Both the position numbers and the translations under genes were made by a program. Shown in pieces: positions 8,285-17,295 of a stretch of DNA of 32,000 bases. Position 1 is the stretch's first letter. Each line of letters opens with the position of its first letter. The notes under the pieces are model-generated. The model did not search any database and was not told the origin of the DNA. It worked only from the letters and a program-made list of their open reading frames with translations. Source of the DNA: Pseudomonas aeruginosa (GTDB lineage: Bacteria > Pseudomonadota > Gammaproteobacteria > Pseudomonadales > Pseudomonadaceae); the NCBI RefSeq assembly GCF_001457615.1, contig NZ_LN831024.1:5070001-5102000 (forward strand), given 5' to 3'.

Positions 8285-9295
8285 ATGCTTAGTTTCATTG
8301 CACGACGATTGGGGTTGCTGATCCCCACCTTCTTCGGCGTGACGCTGCTCACCTTCGCGCTGATCCGCCTGATTCCCGGCGACCCGGTGGAAGTGATGAT
8401 GGGCGAACGTCGCGTCGATCCGCAGATGCATGCCGAGGCCCTGCACCGCCTGGGCCTGGACAAGCCGTTGTACCAGCAGTACCTGGACTACGTGGGCAAC
8501 CTGGCACAGGGCAATCTCGGCGAATCGCTGACCACCCGCGAAGGCGTCTGGCACGAATTCCTCACCCTGTTCCCGGCGACCCTGGAACTGTCCCTGGCCG
8601 CCATGCTCTTCGCCGGCACCTTCGGCCTGCTGGCCGGGGTGATCGCCGCCCTGAAACGCGGTTCGCTGTTCGACCACGGGGTGATGACGGTGTCCCTCGC
8701 CGGCTATTCGATGCCGATCTTCTGGTGGGGCCTGATCCTGATCATGCTGTTCTCCGTGTCGCTGGGCTGGACGCCGGTGTCCGGCCGTCTCGACCTGCTC
8801 TACGACATCGAGCCGAAGACCGGCTTCATGCTGATCGACACCCTGCTTTCCGACGAACAGGGCTCGTTCCTCGATGCCGTGCGCCACCTGATCCTGCCGG
8901 CCATCGTGCTGGGCACCATCCCGCTGGCGGTGATTGCCCGCATGACCCGCTCGGCGATGCTCGAGGTGCTGCGCGAAGACTATGTGCGCACCGCCCGCGC
9001 CAAGGGCCTGTCGCCGGCCCGGGTGGTCTTCGTGCACGCCCTGCGCAACGCGCTGATTCCGGTGCTGACGGTATTCGGCCTGCAGGTCGGCACGCTGCTC
9101 GCCGGCGCGGTGCTGACCGAAACCATCTTCTCCTGGCCGGGCATCGGCAAGTGGCTGATCGACGCCATCAGCCGTCGCGACTACCCGGTGGTGCAGAACG
9201 GCATCCTGCTGGTCGCCACCCTGGTCATCCTGGTCAATTTCGTCGTGGACATCCTCTACGGCCTGGCCAACCCGCGCATTCGCCACCAACGCTGA
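8285..9295 (+). CDS. dppB: Dipeptide ABC transporter permease DppB
   Basis: 336 aa, MLSFIARRLGLLIPTFFGVTLLTFALIRLIPGDPVEVMMGER; permease EAA-loop region RAKGLSPARVVFVHALRNALIPVLT. Confidence 0.96.
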   Translation: MLSFIARRLGLLIPTFFGVTLLTFALIRLIPGDPVEVMMGERRVDPQMHAEALHRLGLDKPLYQQYLDYVGNLAQGNLGESLTTREGVWHEFLTLFPATLELSLAAMLFAGTFGLLAGVIAALKRGSLFDHGVMTVSLAGYSMPIFWWGLILIMLFSVSLGWTPVSGRLDLLYDIEPKTGFMLIDTLLSDEQGSFLDAVRHLILPAIVLGTIPLAVIARMTRSAMLEVLREDYVRTARAKGLSPARVVFVHALRNALIPVLTVFGLQVGTLLAGAVLTETIFSWPGIGKWLIDAISRRDYPVVQNGILLVATLVILVNFVVDILYGLANPRIRHQR

Positions 9296-9306
9296 GGAGC
9301 CAGCCG

Positions 9307-10218
9307 ATGAACGCCATGCACAACGCTCCCGCCAGCGACCCGAGCCTGGTCTACCCGTCCCCGCTGAAGGAATTCTGGCAAGCCTTTACCCGGAACAAAG
9401 GTGCCGTCGGCGGCCTGCTGTTCATGCTGCTGATCGTGTTCTGCGCGCTGTTCGCCCCCTGGGTCGCGCCCTACGATCCGAGCGAACAATTCCGCGACTT
9501 CCTGCTGACCCCGCCGTCCTGGCTGGAGGGCGGCCAGGCGCGTTTCCTGCTCGGCACCGACGAACTGGGCCGCGACCTGCTCTCGCGGCTGATCCACGGC
9601 GCCCGCCTGTCGCTGCTGATCGGCCTGTCCTCGGTGGTGATCTCGCTGGTCCCCGGCATCCTCCTCGGCCTGCTCGCCGGCTTCTCGCCGAACCGTGCCG
9701 GGCCGCTGATCATGCGCCTGATGGACATCATGCTGGCGCTGCCGTCGCTGCTGCTGGCGGTGGCCATCGTGGCGATCCTCGGCCCAGGCCTGATCAACAC
9801 CGTGATCGCCATCGCCATCGTCTCGCTGCCGGCCTACGTGCGCCTGACCCGCGCCGCGGTGATGACCGAGCTAAACCGCGACTACGTCACCGCCTCGCGC
9901 CTGGCCGGCGCCGGCACCCTGCGCCTGATGTTCGTCTGCGTACTGCCGAACTGCATGGCGCCGCTGATCGTCCAGGCCACCCTGAGCTTCTCTTCGGCGA
10001 TCCTCGACGCCGCCGCCCTCGGCTTCCTCGGCCTCGGCGTGCAACCGCCGACCCCCGAGTGGGGCACCATGCTCGCCTCCGCCCGCGACTACATCGAGCG
10101 CGCCTGGTGGGTGGTCAGCCTGCCCGGCCTGACCATCCTGCTCAGCGTACTGGCGATCAACCTGATGGGCGACGGCCTGCGCGACGCCCTCGATCCGAAA
10201 CTGAAGAACGCGGCATGA
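9307..10218 (+). CDS. dppC: Dipeptide ABC transporter permease DppC
   Basis: 303 aa from ATG 9307 ([36 protein letters not shown]...). GGAG SD at 9298-9301. The ORF-track start at 8725 is a spurious upstream extension. Confidence 0.95.
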
Positions 10219-10229
10219 GGAGCACAACC

Positions 10230-10274
10230 ATGAACAGCGCATCCGTATCCGCGCCACAGGAGACCGCCGCATGA
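10230..10274 (+). CDS. Possible 14-aa leader ORF ([14 protein letters not shown]) coupled to dppD by an ATGA overlap
   Basis: AGGAG at 10218-10222 sits 7 nt before ATG 10230. The stop TGA 10272-10274 overlaps the dppD ATG 10271-10273. Confidence 0.35.
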
Positions 10275-11245
10275 GCCTCCTCGATATCAAGAACCTCAGC
10301 GTACGCTTCGGCGACACCACCGCCGTGCCCGTGGTCGACGGCCTCGACCTGAGCGTCGACAAGGGCGAGGTGCTGGCCATCGTCGGCGAGTCCGGCTCCG
10401 GCAAGTCGGTGACCATGATGGCCCTGATGGGCCTGATCGACGCGCCCGGCTGGGTGTCCGCCGATCACCTGCGCTTCGACGGCCACGACATGCTCACCCT
10501 CAAGGGCCGCCAGCGCCGGCGCATCGTCGGCAAGGACATGGCGATGGTCTTCCAGGACCCGATGACCGCCCTCAACCCCAGCTACACCGTCGGCTACCAG
10601 ATCGAGGAGGTTCTTCGCCTGCATCTCGGCCTGCGCGGCAAGGCCCTGCGCCAGCGCGCCCTGGAACTGCTCGAACGGGTCGAGATCCCGGCCGCCGCCA
10701 GCCGCCTCGACGCCTACCCGCACCAACTCTCCGGCGGCATGAGCCAGCGTGTGGCGATCGCCATGGCTATCGCCGCCGAGCCCAAGCTGCTGATCGCCGA
10801 CGAGCCGACCACCGCCCTCGACGTGACCATCCAGGCGCAGATCATGGAGCTGCTGCTGAACCTGCAGCGCGACCAGGACATGGCGCTGATCCTGATCACC
10901 CACGATCTCGCCGTGGTCGCCGAGACCGCCCAGCGCGTCTGCGTGATGTACGCCGGCGAAGCGGTGGAGATCGGCGGCGTGCCGGCGCTGTTCGACCGCC
11001 CGACCCATCCCTACACCGAGGCGCTGATCAAGGCGATCCCCGAGCACTGTGCCGGCGAAGCCCGCCTGGCCACCCTGCCCGGCATCGTTCCGGGGCGCTA
11101 CGACCGCCCGCGCGGTTGCCTGCTGTCGCCACGCTGCCCCTATGCCCAGGAGCATTGCCGCCAGGAGCGGCCGGCCCTGGAGGCACACGAGCGCGGCGCG
11201 GTGCGCTGCTTCTATCCGTTGAACCTGCTGAACGAGGTGGCCTGA
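10271..11245 (+). CDS. dppD: Dipeptide ABC transporter ATP-binding protein DppD
   Basis: 324 aa with Walker A (GESGSGKS), signature LSGGMSQR and Walker B ([12 protein letters not shown]). Confidence 0.95.
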
Positions 11246-12216
11246 TGGAAACCGTTCTGACCGCCCGTGATCTGACCCGTCACTACGAAGTCTCCCGCGG
11301 CCTGTTCAAGGGCCACGCCCAGGTGCGCGCGCTGAACGGCGTATCGTTCGAACTGGAAGCCGGCAAGACCCTCGCCGTGGTCGGCGAGTCCGGCTGCGGC
11401 AAGTCGACCCTGGCGCGCGCCCTGACCCTGATCGAGGAACCCACCTCCGGCTCGCTGAAAATCGCCGGGCAGGAGGTCAAGGGCGCCAGCAAGGACCAGC
11501 GCCGGCAGTTGCGCCGCGACGTGCAGATGGTCTTCCAGAACCCCTACGCCTCGCTCAATCCGCGACAGAAGATCGGCGACCAGTTGGCCGAGCCGCTGCT
11601 GATCAACACCGCGCTGTCGCGCGAGGAACGCCGCGAAAAGGTCCAGCAGATGATGCGCCAGGTCGGCCTGCGGCCGGAGCATTACCAGCGCTACCCGCAC
11701 ATGTTCTCCGGCGGCCAGCGCCAGCGCATCGCCCTGGCCCGGGCGATGATGCTGCAACCCAAGGTGCTGGTGGCGGACGAGCCGACCTCGGCCCTCGACG
11801 TGTCGATCCAGGCCCAGGTACTGAACCTGTTCATGGACCTGCAGCAGCAGTTCCGCACCGCCTACGTGTTCATCTCGCACAACCTGGCGGTGGTCCGCCA
11901 CGTCGCCGACGACGTCCTGGTGATGTACCTCGGCCGACCGGCGGAGATGGGGCCGGCGGACAAGCTCTACGAGAACCCGCTGCATCCCTATACCCGTGCG
12001 CTGCTCTCGGCGACCCCGGCGATCCACCCGGACCCGACGAAGCCGAAGATCCGCATCCAGGGCGAACTGCCGAACCCGCTGAACCCGCCGGAGGGTTGCG
12101 CCTTCCACAAGCGCTGCCCCTACGCCACCGAGCGCTGCCGCAGCGAGGTGCCCGAGCTGCGCCTGCTCGACCAGCGCCAGGTGGCCTGCCACCACGCCGA
12201 GCAATTCCTCGGCTGA
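11245..12216 (+). CDS. dppF: Dipeptide ABC transporter ATP-binding protein DppF
   Basis: 323 aa from ATG 11245 (TGATG overlap with dppD), with Walker A GESGCGKS, FSGGQRQR, VLVADEPTSALD and the OppF/DppF C-terminal motif. Confidence 0.95.
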   Translation: METVLTARDLTRHYEVSRGLFKGHAQVRALNGVSFELEAGKTLAVVGESGCGKSTLARALTLIEEPTSGSLKIAGQEVKGASKDQRRQLRRDVQMVFQNPYASLNPRQKIGDQLAEPLLINTALSREERREKVQQMMRQVGLRPEHYQRYPHMFSGGQRQRIALARAMMLQPKVLVADEPTSALDVSIQAQVLNLFMDLQQQFRTAYVFISHNLAVVRHVADDVLVMYLGRPAEMGPADKLYENPLHPYTRALLSATPAIHPDPTKPKIRIQGELPNPLNPPEGCAFHKRCPYATERCRSEVPELRLLDQRQVACHHAEQFLG

Positions 12217-12248
12217 GCGCCACGGGGCGCTCGCCGCCCCGCAGCCCT

Positions 12249-12881
12249 TCAGAGCTGGCGCAGCAGCGCCAGCCTTACCCCGAACCCTATCAACAACCCA
12301 CCGAAGCCCCACTGCTGCAGGCGCTGTGCCCGCGGCCGGGACGCCAGCCAGCGGCCCAGGCGGCCACCGGCCAGCGCATAGGCGCAGTCGAAGGCCAGGC
12401 CAACCAGAACCAGGACCGTACCGAGCGCGGCGAACTGGACGGCCAGCGAACCGGCCCCGGGGCTGACGAACTGCGGCAGCAGCACCGAACAGAACAGCAG
12501 GGCCTTGGGGTTCAGCAGGTTGGTCAGGAGTCCGCGCAGCAAGGCCCGGCGGTCGGCGTGAGGGACCACCGGCGCGGAGCCCGCGTCGCTGGTCGGCAAG
12601 GCCAGTCCGCCACCGCGCAGCATCTGCAGGCCAAGCCAGGCGAGGTAGGCGGCGCCGAGCAGGCGCGCCAGCTCGAAGGTCCAGGGAGCGGTACGGAACA
12701 GCAGCGCCAGTCCAGTCGCGGCCATCAGCACATGGCAGGCCCGAGCCAGCGCCAGGCCGAGGGCGGTGACCAGCGCCGCGCGACGGCCCTGGCGGGCGCC
12801 GGTCTGGAACAGCAGGAGCATGTCTGGTCCGGGCACCAGGTAAACCACCGCCAGGGCAATCAGGAAAGCGCTCGTGTCCAT
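12249..12881 (-). CDS. LysE/RhtB-family amino-acid exporter
   Basis: 210 aa, MDTSAFLIALAVVYLVPGPDMLLLFQTGARQGRRAALVTALGLALARACHVLMA..., typical LysE/RhtB N-terminus. Confidence 0.9.
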   Translation of the reverse strand: MDTSAFLIALAVVYLVPGPDMLLLFQTGARQGRRAALVTALGLALARACHVLMAATGLALLFRTAPWTFELARLLGAAYLAWLGLQMLRGGGLALPTSDAGSAPVVPHADRRALLRGLLTNLLNPKALLFCSVLLPQFVSPGAGSLAVQFAALGTVLVLVGLAFDCAYALAGGRLGRWLASRPRAQRLQQWGFGGLLIGFGVRLALLRQL

Positions 12882-13022
12882 CGTATCGGCTCCAGGAAGG
12901 TGACCCGGATAACGATTCTATGCCCGCAAGGCAGGGCAGGTGCTTGCGTTTTCCACCAGCCTATCCATTCTATTTGGCAGTAAATTCCACTCTCTGGAGA
13001 CTATCCATCCGGATATGCCAAG

Positions 13023-13496
13023 ATGAAACTCGACGCCTATGACCACCGCATCCTCGCCGCCCTCCAGCGCGACGGCCGCCTGAGCAACGTCCAGTTGGCC
13101 GAGGAGATCGGCCTCTCCCCGTCCCCCTGCCTGCGCCGCGTGCGCCTGCTGGAAGAGGCCGGGGTGATTCGCGGCTACCAGGCCAGCATCGACCGCGACG
13201 AGGTCGGCCTCGGCCTCACGGTGTTCGTCGGGATCAAGGTGGAACGCCACCGCCAGGAGCAGGCCGAGGCCTTCCACCGTGCGGTGGTCGACCTGCCGGA
13301 GGTGATCTCGGTGCACCTCGTCTCCGGCGAGTCGGACTTCCTCCTGCAAGTGGTGGTCCCCGACCTGCGCGCCTACGAACGCCTGCTCAGCGAGACCCTG
13401 CTGCGCCTGCCCGGGGTCAGCGACATTCGCAGCAACTTCGCGATCAAGACGGTCAAGGCGCCCTCGCCGCTGCCGCTCGGCCACCTGGCCGGCTGA
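13023..13496 (+). CDS. Lrp/AsnC-family transcriptional regulator
   Basis: 157 aa, MKLDAYDHRILAALQRDGRLSNVQLAEEIGLSPSPCLRRVRLLEEAGVIRGY, canonical Lrp HTH plus RAM domain. Confidence 0.94.
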   Translation: MKLDAYDHRILAALQRDGRLSNVQLAEEIGLSPSPCLRRVRLLEEAGVIRGYQASIDRDEVGLGLTVFVGIKVERHRQEQAEAFHRAVVDLPEVISVHLVSGESDFLLQVVVPDLRAYERLLSETLLRLPGVSDIRSNFAIKTVKAPSPLPLGHLAG

Positions 13497-13500
13497 GCGC

Positions 13501-14430
13501 TCAGCCGCGGAAGAAGCGGTAGAAGCGCAGCAGATCGGCCTGCTGCGTCGCCAGGTCGCTCTCGACGAAGGTTACCTCGCTATGCGCGGGGCTTTGCGCC
13601 AGGCGCGAGAGGTCCAGTGGATGGACGAAGCCCAGCAGCGGATAGCCGCCCATGCTCTGGCGGTCGGCCATCAGCACGATGGGTTGGCCATCGGGCGGAA
13701 CCTGGATAGCGCCCTCCACCACGCCCTGCGACCAGGCGCGCGGCGCCCCGCGCAGTGGCTCGCCGGCCAGGCGGACACCCATGCGATCGGACCGCGGGCT
13801 GATTCGCCAGGCGCTGGCGAAGAAGGCTTGCCGGCTGGCTGCGTCGAAGGCCGCCGCATCGCCGCCGAACAGCACGCGCAAGGGCCGCTGCTGCCGGTAG
13901 TCCGGCTGGAAACGCCAGGGCACGCTGGCATCCCACGGACACGCCGCTCCCGCTTCGGCACACGGCAGGCAATCGCCCTCCGCCAGGATCCGGCCATCGC
14001 CCTGTAAACCGCCGAGCCCGTCGCGAACCTGGCAGGCGACGCTGCCCAGTACCGGCCTCGCCCGGAAACCGCCGGCGCAGGCCAGGTAGGCACGCTGCCC
14101 GGCCTCGGCGAAGCCCAGTTCGATGCGTTGCCCGCGGCGGACCCGGAAGCGACTCCAGGGCAGGCATTCGCGACCGTCCACCGTCAGCGCCAGGCGCGCT
14201 CCGGTCAACGCCAGCCAGGTCGCCTCCACCCTGCACTCCAGCACCAAGCCGCCGAAAGCGATTTCCAGCAATGGCGTCCCCCAGGGATTACCGAGCAGAC
14301 GATTGGCCCAGGCTGCCGCCTGGCGGTCCAGAGGGCCGCCCGGGGATACGCCGAGGTGCTGCCAGCCGCGCCGGCCGTCATCCTGCAGCAGGCTCTGCGG
14401 ACCCGCCTTGACGACCCGCAAACCATTCAT
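13501..14430 (-). CDS. pxpC: Biotin-dependent carboxyltransferase-like subunit, 5-oxoprolinase subunit PxpC
   Basis: 309 aa from ATG 14430 ([48 protein letters not shown]). ATGA overlap with pxpB. The 554-aa track ORF is an out-of-frame upstream extension. Confidence 0.92.
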   Translation of the reverse strand: MNGLRVVKAGPQSLLQDDGRRGWQHLGVSPGGPLDRQAAAWANRLLGNPWGTPLLEIAFGGLVLECRVEATWLALTGARLALTVDGRECLPWSRFRVRRGQRIELGFAEAGQRAYLACAGGFRARPVLGSVACQVRDGLGGLQGDGRILAEGDCLPCAEAGAACPWDASVPWRFQPDYRQQRPLRVLFGGDAAAFDAASRQAFFASAWRISPRSDRMGVRLAGEPLRGAPRAWSQGVVEGAIQVPPDGQPIVLMADRQSMGGYPLLGFVHPLDLSRLAQSPAHSEVTFVESDLATQQADLLRFYRFFRG

Positions 14431-15104
14431 TCGCGCCCGCCCAGGTCGAGGAAAGCCTCGCGCCCGATGGCGACGAAGCGCACCCGGTCGCCCAGCGCCA
14501 GTGGGCACGGAGGAGTGGCGGCCGGATCGAACGGACGCCACGGACTGCGTCCCAGCAGGTGCCAGCCGCCGGGCGAGGCCTGCGGATAGATCGCCGTCTG
14601 CGCCTCGGCAATGGCCAGGCTGCCGGCCGGTACACGCGCCCGCGGGGTGGCCCGCCGCGGCAGGACCAGGCGCGGATCGAGGCCGCCGAGGTAGGCGAAT
14701 CCCGGAGCGAAACCGATCGCGCCGACCCGGTATTCGGCCGCGCTGTGCAGTTCGATCACCCCTTTGCCAGTCAATCCGCAGGCAACCGCTACCGTCGCGA
14801 GGTCCTCGCCGGCGTACCAGACGGGAATCTCGTGCAGGCGCCCGGCATCCTCGGCGGGGCGCCAGGCGTGCCACTCCGCCAGCAGCGGACCCAGGCGTTC
14901 TTCCAGTACCTGCGGGGCGATGCGGTAGGGGTCGTAATGCAGCATCAGGGTGGTCCAGCCCAGCACCAGATCCCTGACGCCTTCGCCGAGCCCCTCGCGC
15001 AGACGTCTGGCCAGCTCGGCCAGGCGCACAGACAGGTCCACTTCGGGCTCTTCGGCGAGCGTCAGCAGCAGGGCTTCGGCACCAGCGGGTTCGATGCGGA
15101 TCAC
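14427..15104 (-). CDS. pxpB: 5-oxoprolinase subunit PxpB (KipI-like)
   Basis: 225 aa with KipI/allophanate hydrolase subunit 1 features ([55 protein letters not shown]). Confidence 0.92.
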   Translation of the reverse strand: MIRIEPAGAEALLLTLAEEPEVDLSVRLAELARRLREGLGEGVRDLVLGWTTLMLHYDPYRIAPQVLEERLGPLLAEWHAWRPAEDAGRLHEIPVWYAGEDLATVAVACGLTGKGVIELHSAAEYRVGAIGFAPGFAYLGGLDPRLVLPRRATPRARVPAGSLAIAEAQTAIYPQASPGGWHLLGRSPWRPFDPAATPPCPLALGDRVRFVAIGREAFLDLGGRE

Positions 15105-15856
15105 AGGCTGTCCAGGGCCGCGCGCAGGCGCCGGAGGACCGCCAGCGACTGCGGGTTATCGCCATGCACGCAAAGACTGTCGGCGGTCAGGCGCAGCGGG
15201 TTGCCGTCGTAGTCGGGGAAGGCTTCGCCGCGGGCGATGGCCAGGGCCTGTTCGATGATCCGCTGCGGATCGTGATGCACCGCGCCGCCAAGCCGCCGCG
15301 GCGCCAGCCGGCCGTCCGGCAGGTAGGCGCGATCGGCGAAGGCCTCGAACAGCAGCGGCACGTCGGCCTCGTCGGCCAGTTCCAGCTCGCGGCCGTTGTC
15401 GGCCAGGGCCAGCACCATCAGCGGCAGGCCCTTGCGATAGGCGGCGCAGGCGTCGAGCACGGCGCGCAGCAGCTCATCGTCGCCGACCAGGTCGTTGTAC
15501 AGCGCGCCATGCGGCTTGACGTAGGCCACCTGGGTACCGAGGGAACGGCAGAAAGCGTCCAGCGCGCCGATCTGGTACAGCACCATGGCATGCACCTCTT
15601 CGGCAGAGCAGGCCAGCGAGCGCCGGCCGAAGCCGCTCAGGTCGGGATAGGCCGGGTGCGCGCCGATGCTCACGCCATGGCGTACCGCCAGCTCCACCGC
15701 GCGCCGCATGGTGAGCGGGTCGCCAGCGTGGAAGCCGCAAGCCAGGTTGGCCTGGTCAACCAGCGGCATGCTGTGGACATCGTCGCCCATGCGCCAGGCG
15801 CCAAAGCTTTCGCCCATGTCGCAGTTGAGCAGGATACGCCGGCCGGTGTCGTTCAT
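15101..15856 (-). CDS. pxpA: LamB/YcsF-family 5-oxoprolinase subunit PxpA
   Basis: 251 aa, [18 protein letters not shown]..., [32 protein letters not shown]-type YcsF motifs. Confidence 0.93.
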   Translation of the reverse strand: MNDTGRRILLNCDMGESFGAWRMGDDVHSMPLVDQANLACGFHAGDPLTMRRAVELAVRHGVSIGAHPAYPDLSGFGRRSLACSAEEVHAMVLYQIGALDAFCRSLGTQVAYVKPHGALYNDLVGDDELLRAVLDACAAYRKGLPLMVLALADNGRELELADEADVPLLFEAFADRAYLPDGRLAPRRLGGAVHHDPQRIIEQALAIARGEAFPDYDGNPLRLTADSLCVHGDNPQSLAVLRRLRAALDSL

Positions 15857-15985
15857 TGTGCGTTCCTTTCGAGGCCAGGATTACGGAAAAATGAGCGCAG
15901 TGCTGGCGAATTAGCGTCAGGTAGCATACTCAGGCACTGAGAACAGGAGTAAATTCTCCTCTTTTGCACCGACGACCTTGCATTC

Positions 15986-16885
15986 ATGAAAGTTCTCATC
16001 CTGGCGGCCTATGCGCTGAGCATCCTCTATGTCCATTTCCGCGGCCGGGTACGCCACAAGCTGTCGCGCCAATTGAGCGACCACTCCAGCTTCCTCGCTC
16101 CGATCAACTGCCTGATGTACCTGTTCTCGAAGGTACCGAACCGCCCTTACCTGGCACCGCAGACCTTCCCCGAACTGCAGGTTCTGGTCGACAACTGGCA
16201 AGCCATCCGCAGCGAGGCGCTGCACCTGCACGACGCCGGCAACATCAAGCGTTCCGAACAGTACGACGATATCGGTTTCAACTCGTTCTTCAAGAGCGGC
16301 TGGAAGCGCTTCTACCTGAAATGGTACGACGAGGCCCATCCCTCCGCCGGACAACTCTGCCCGCAGACCACCGCCCTGTTGCGGCAGATTCCCTCGGTCA
16401 AGGCGGCGATGTTCGCCGAACTGCCGCCGGGCTCGAAGCTGGTGCGACACCGCGATCCCTACGCCGGCTCGCTGCGCTTCCACCTGGGACTGTTCACCCC
16501 CAACGACCCGGCCTGCTTCATCGAGGTGGACGGCGAGCGCTACCACTGGCGCGACGGCGAGGCGGTGGTGTTCGATGAAACCTTCATCCACTACGCGGAA
16601 AACGCCACCGAACACAACCGCATCATTCTCTTCTGCGACATCGAGCGGCCGCTGACCCAGGGCTGGGCCACCGCCTTCAACCGCTGGTTCAGCCGCAACG
16701 TGATGGCTGCCGCGGCCGCCCCGAACAACGCAGGCGACCGGACCGGCGGACTCAATCGGATCTTCGACAGCCTCTACAAGATCCGCCTGCAGGGCAAACG
16801 TTTGAAGAAGCGCAACCGCAAGCTCTACTACCTGCAGAAATGGGGCTTCTTCGCCCTGGTACTGGCTTTCATCCTGTGGATCTGA
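15986..16885 (+). CDS. lpxO: Lipid A hydroxylase, aspartyl/asparaginyl beta-hydroxylase family (LpxO)
   Basis: 299 aa with an N-terminal TM segment, HRDPYAGSLRFHLGL, ...FDETFIHYAENATEHNRIILFCDIERPL. P. aeruginosa carries two lpxO paralogues; position suggests lpxO1. Confidence 0.9.
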   Translation: MKVLILAAYALSILYVHFRGRVRHKLSRQLSDHSSFLAPINCLMYLFSKVPNRPYLAPQTFPELQVLVDNWQAIRSEALHLHDAGNIKRSEQYDDIGFNSFFKSGWKRFYLKWYDEAHPSAGQLCPQTTALLRQIPSVKAAMFAELPPGSKLVRHRDPYAGSLRFHLGLFTPNDPACFIEVDGERYHWRDGEAVVFDETFIHYAENATEHNRIILFCDIERPLTQGWATAFNRWFSRNVMAAAAAPNNAGDRTGGLNRIFDSLYKIRLQGKRLKKRNRKLYYLQKWGFFALVLAFILWI

Positions 16886-16902
16886 GGCCTGGCGACGCAA
16901 GG

Positions 16903-17222
16903 CCCCGATAGCTCCGTGGGGCGTATGACACCAACGGCGTCATCCGCCGATACCTCGCCGAAATGGCGGATAACCGCTCTGCGGTTATCCGCCCTACGCC
17001 ACGGACAACGCGAAGTCCCGATAGCTCCGTAGGGCGCATGACGCCAACGGCGTCATCCGCCGATACCCCGCCGAAATGGCGGATAACCGCTCTGCGGTTG
17101 TTCGCCCTACGCCACGGACAGCGCGAAGTCCGATAGCTCCGTAGGGCGGATGACGCCAACGGCGTCATCCGCCGACACCCCGCCGAAATGGCGGATAACC
17201 GCTCTGCGGTTATTCGCCCTAC
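16903..17222. repeat. Three tandem copies (~112-114 bp) of an intergenic double-hairpin REP-like unit
   Basis: Copies at about 16903-17016, 17017-17128 and 17129-17222. Each has arms GGCGGATGACGCC-AAC-GGCGTCATCCGCC (exact in copy 3, degenerate in 1 and 2) and GGCGGATAACCGC-TCT-GCGGTTATCCGCC (exact in copy 1). Confidence 0.93.
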
Positions 17223-17259
17223 ACCCCGCAAAGCCCAGCAGTCCCGGCAGTTGGCAACG

Positions 17260-17284
17260 AAAAGGCTCCCTTGGGAGCCTTTTT
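17260..17284. terminator. Bidirectional Rho-independent terminator between lpxO and the PepSY/reductase gene
   Basis: AAAAGGCTCCC-TT-GGGAGCCTTTTT, with a T-tract in both orientations. Confidence 0.85.
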
Positions 17285-17295
17285 CATTCATCCGT

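Noticed and set aside
13501-15165. A single 554-aa minus-strand protein
   Set aside because: Only the part from ATG 14430 matches PxpC. The upstream part is an out-of-frame reading of pxpB, whose true frame is 14427..15104.
16903-17222. CRISPR array
   Set aside because: Three near-identical ~112-bp units with no unique spacers, internal double palindromes instead of short repeats, and no cas genes.
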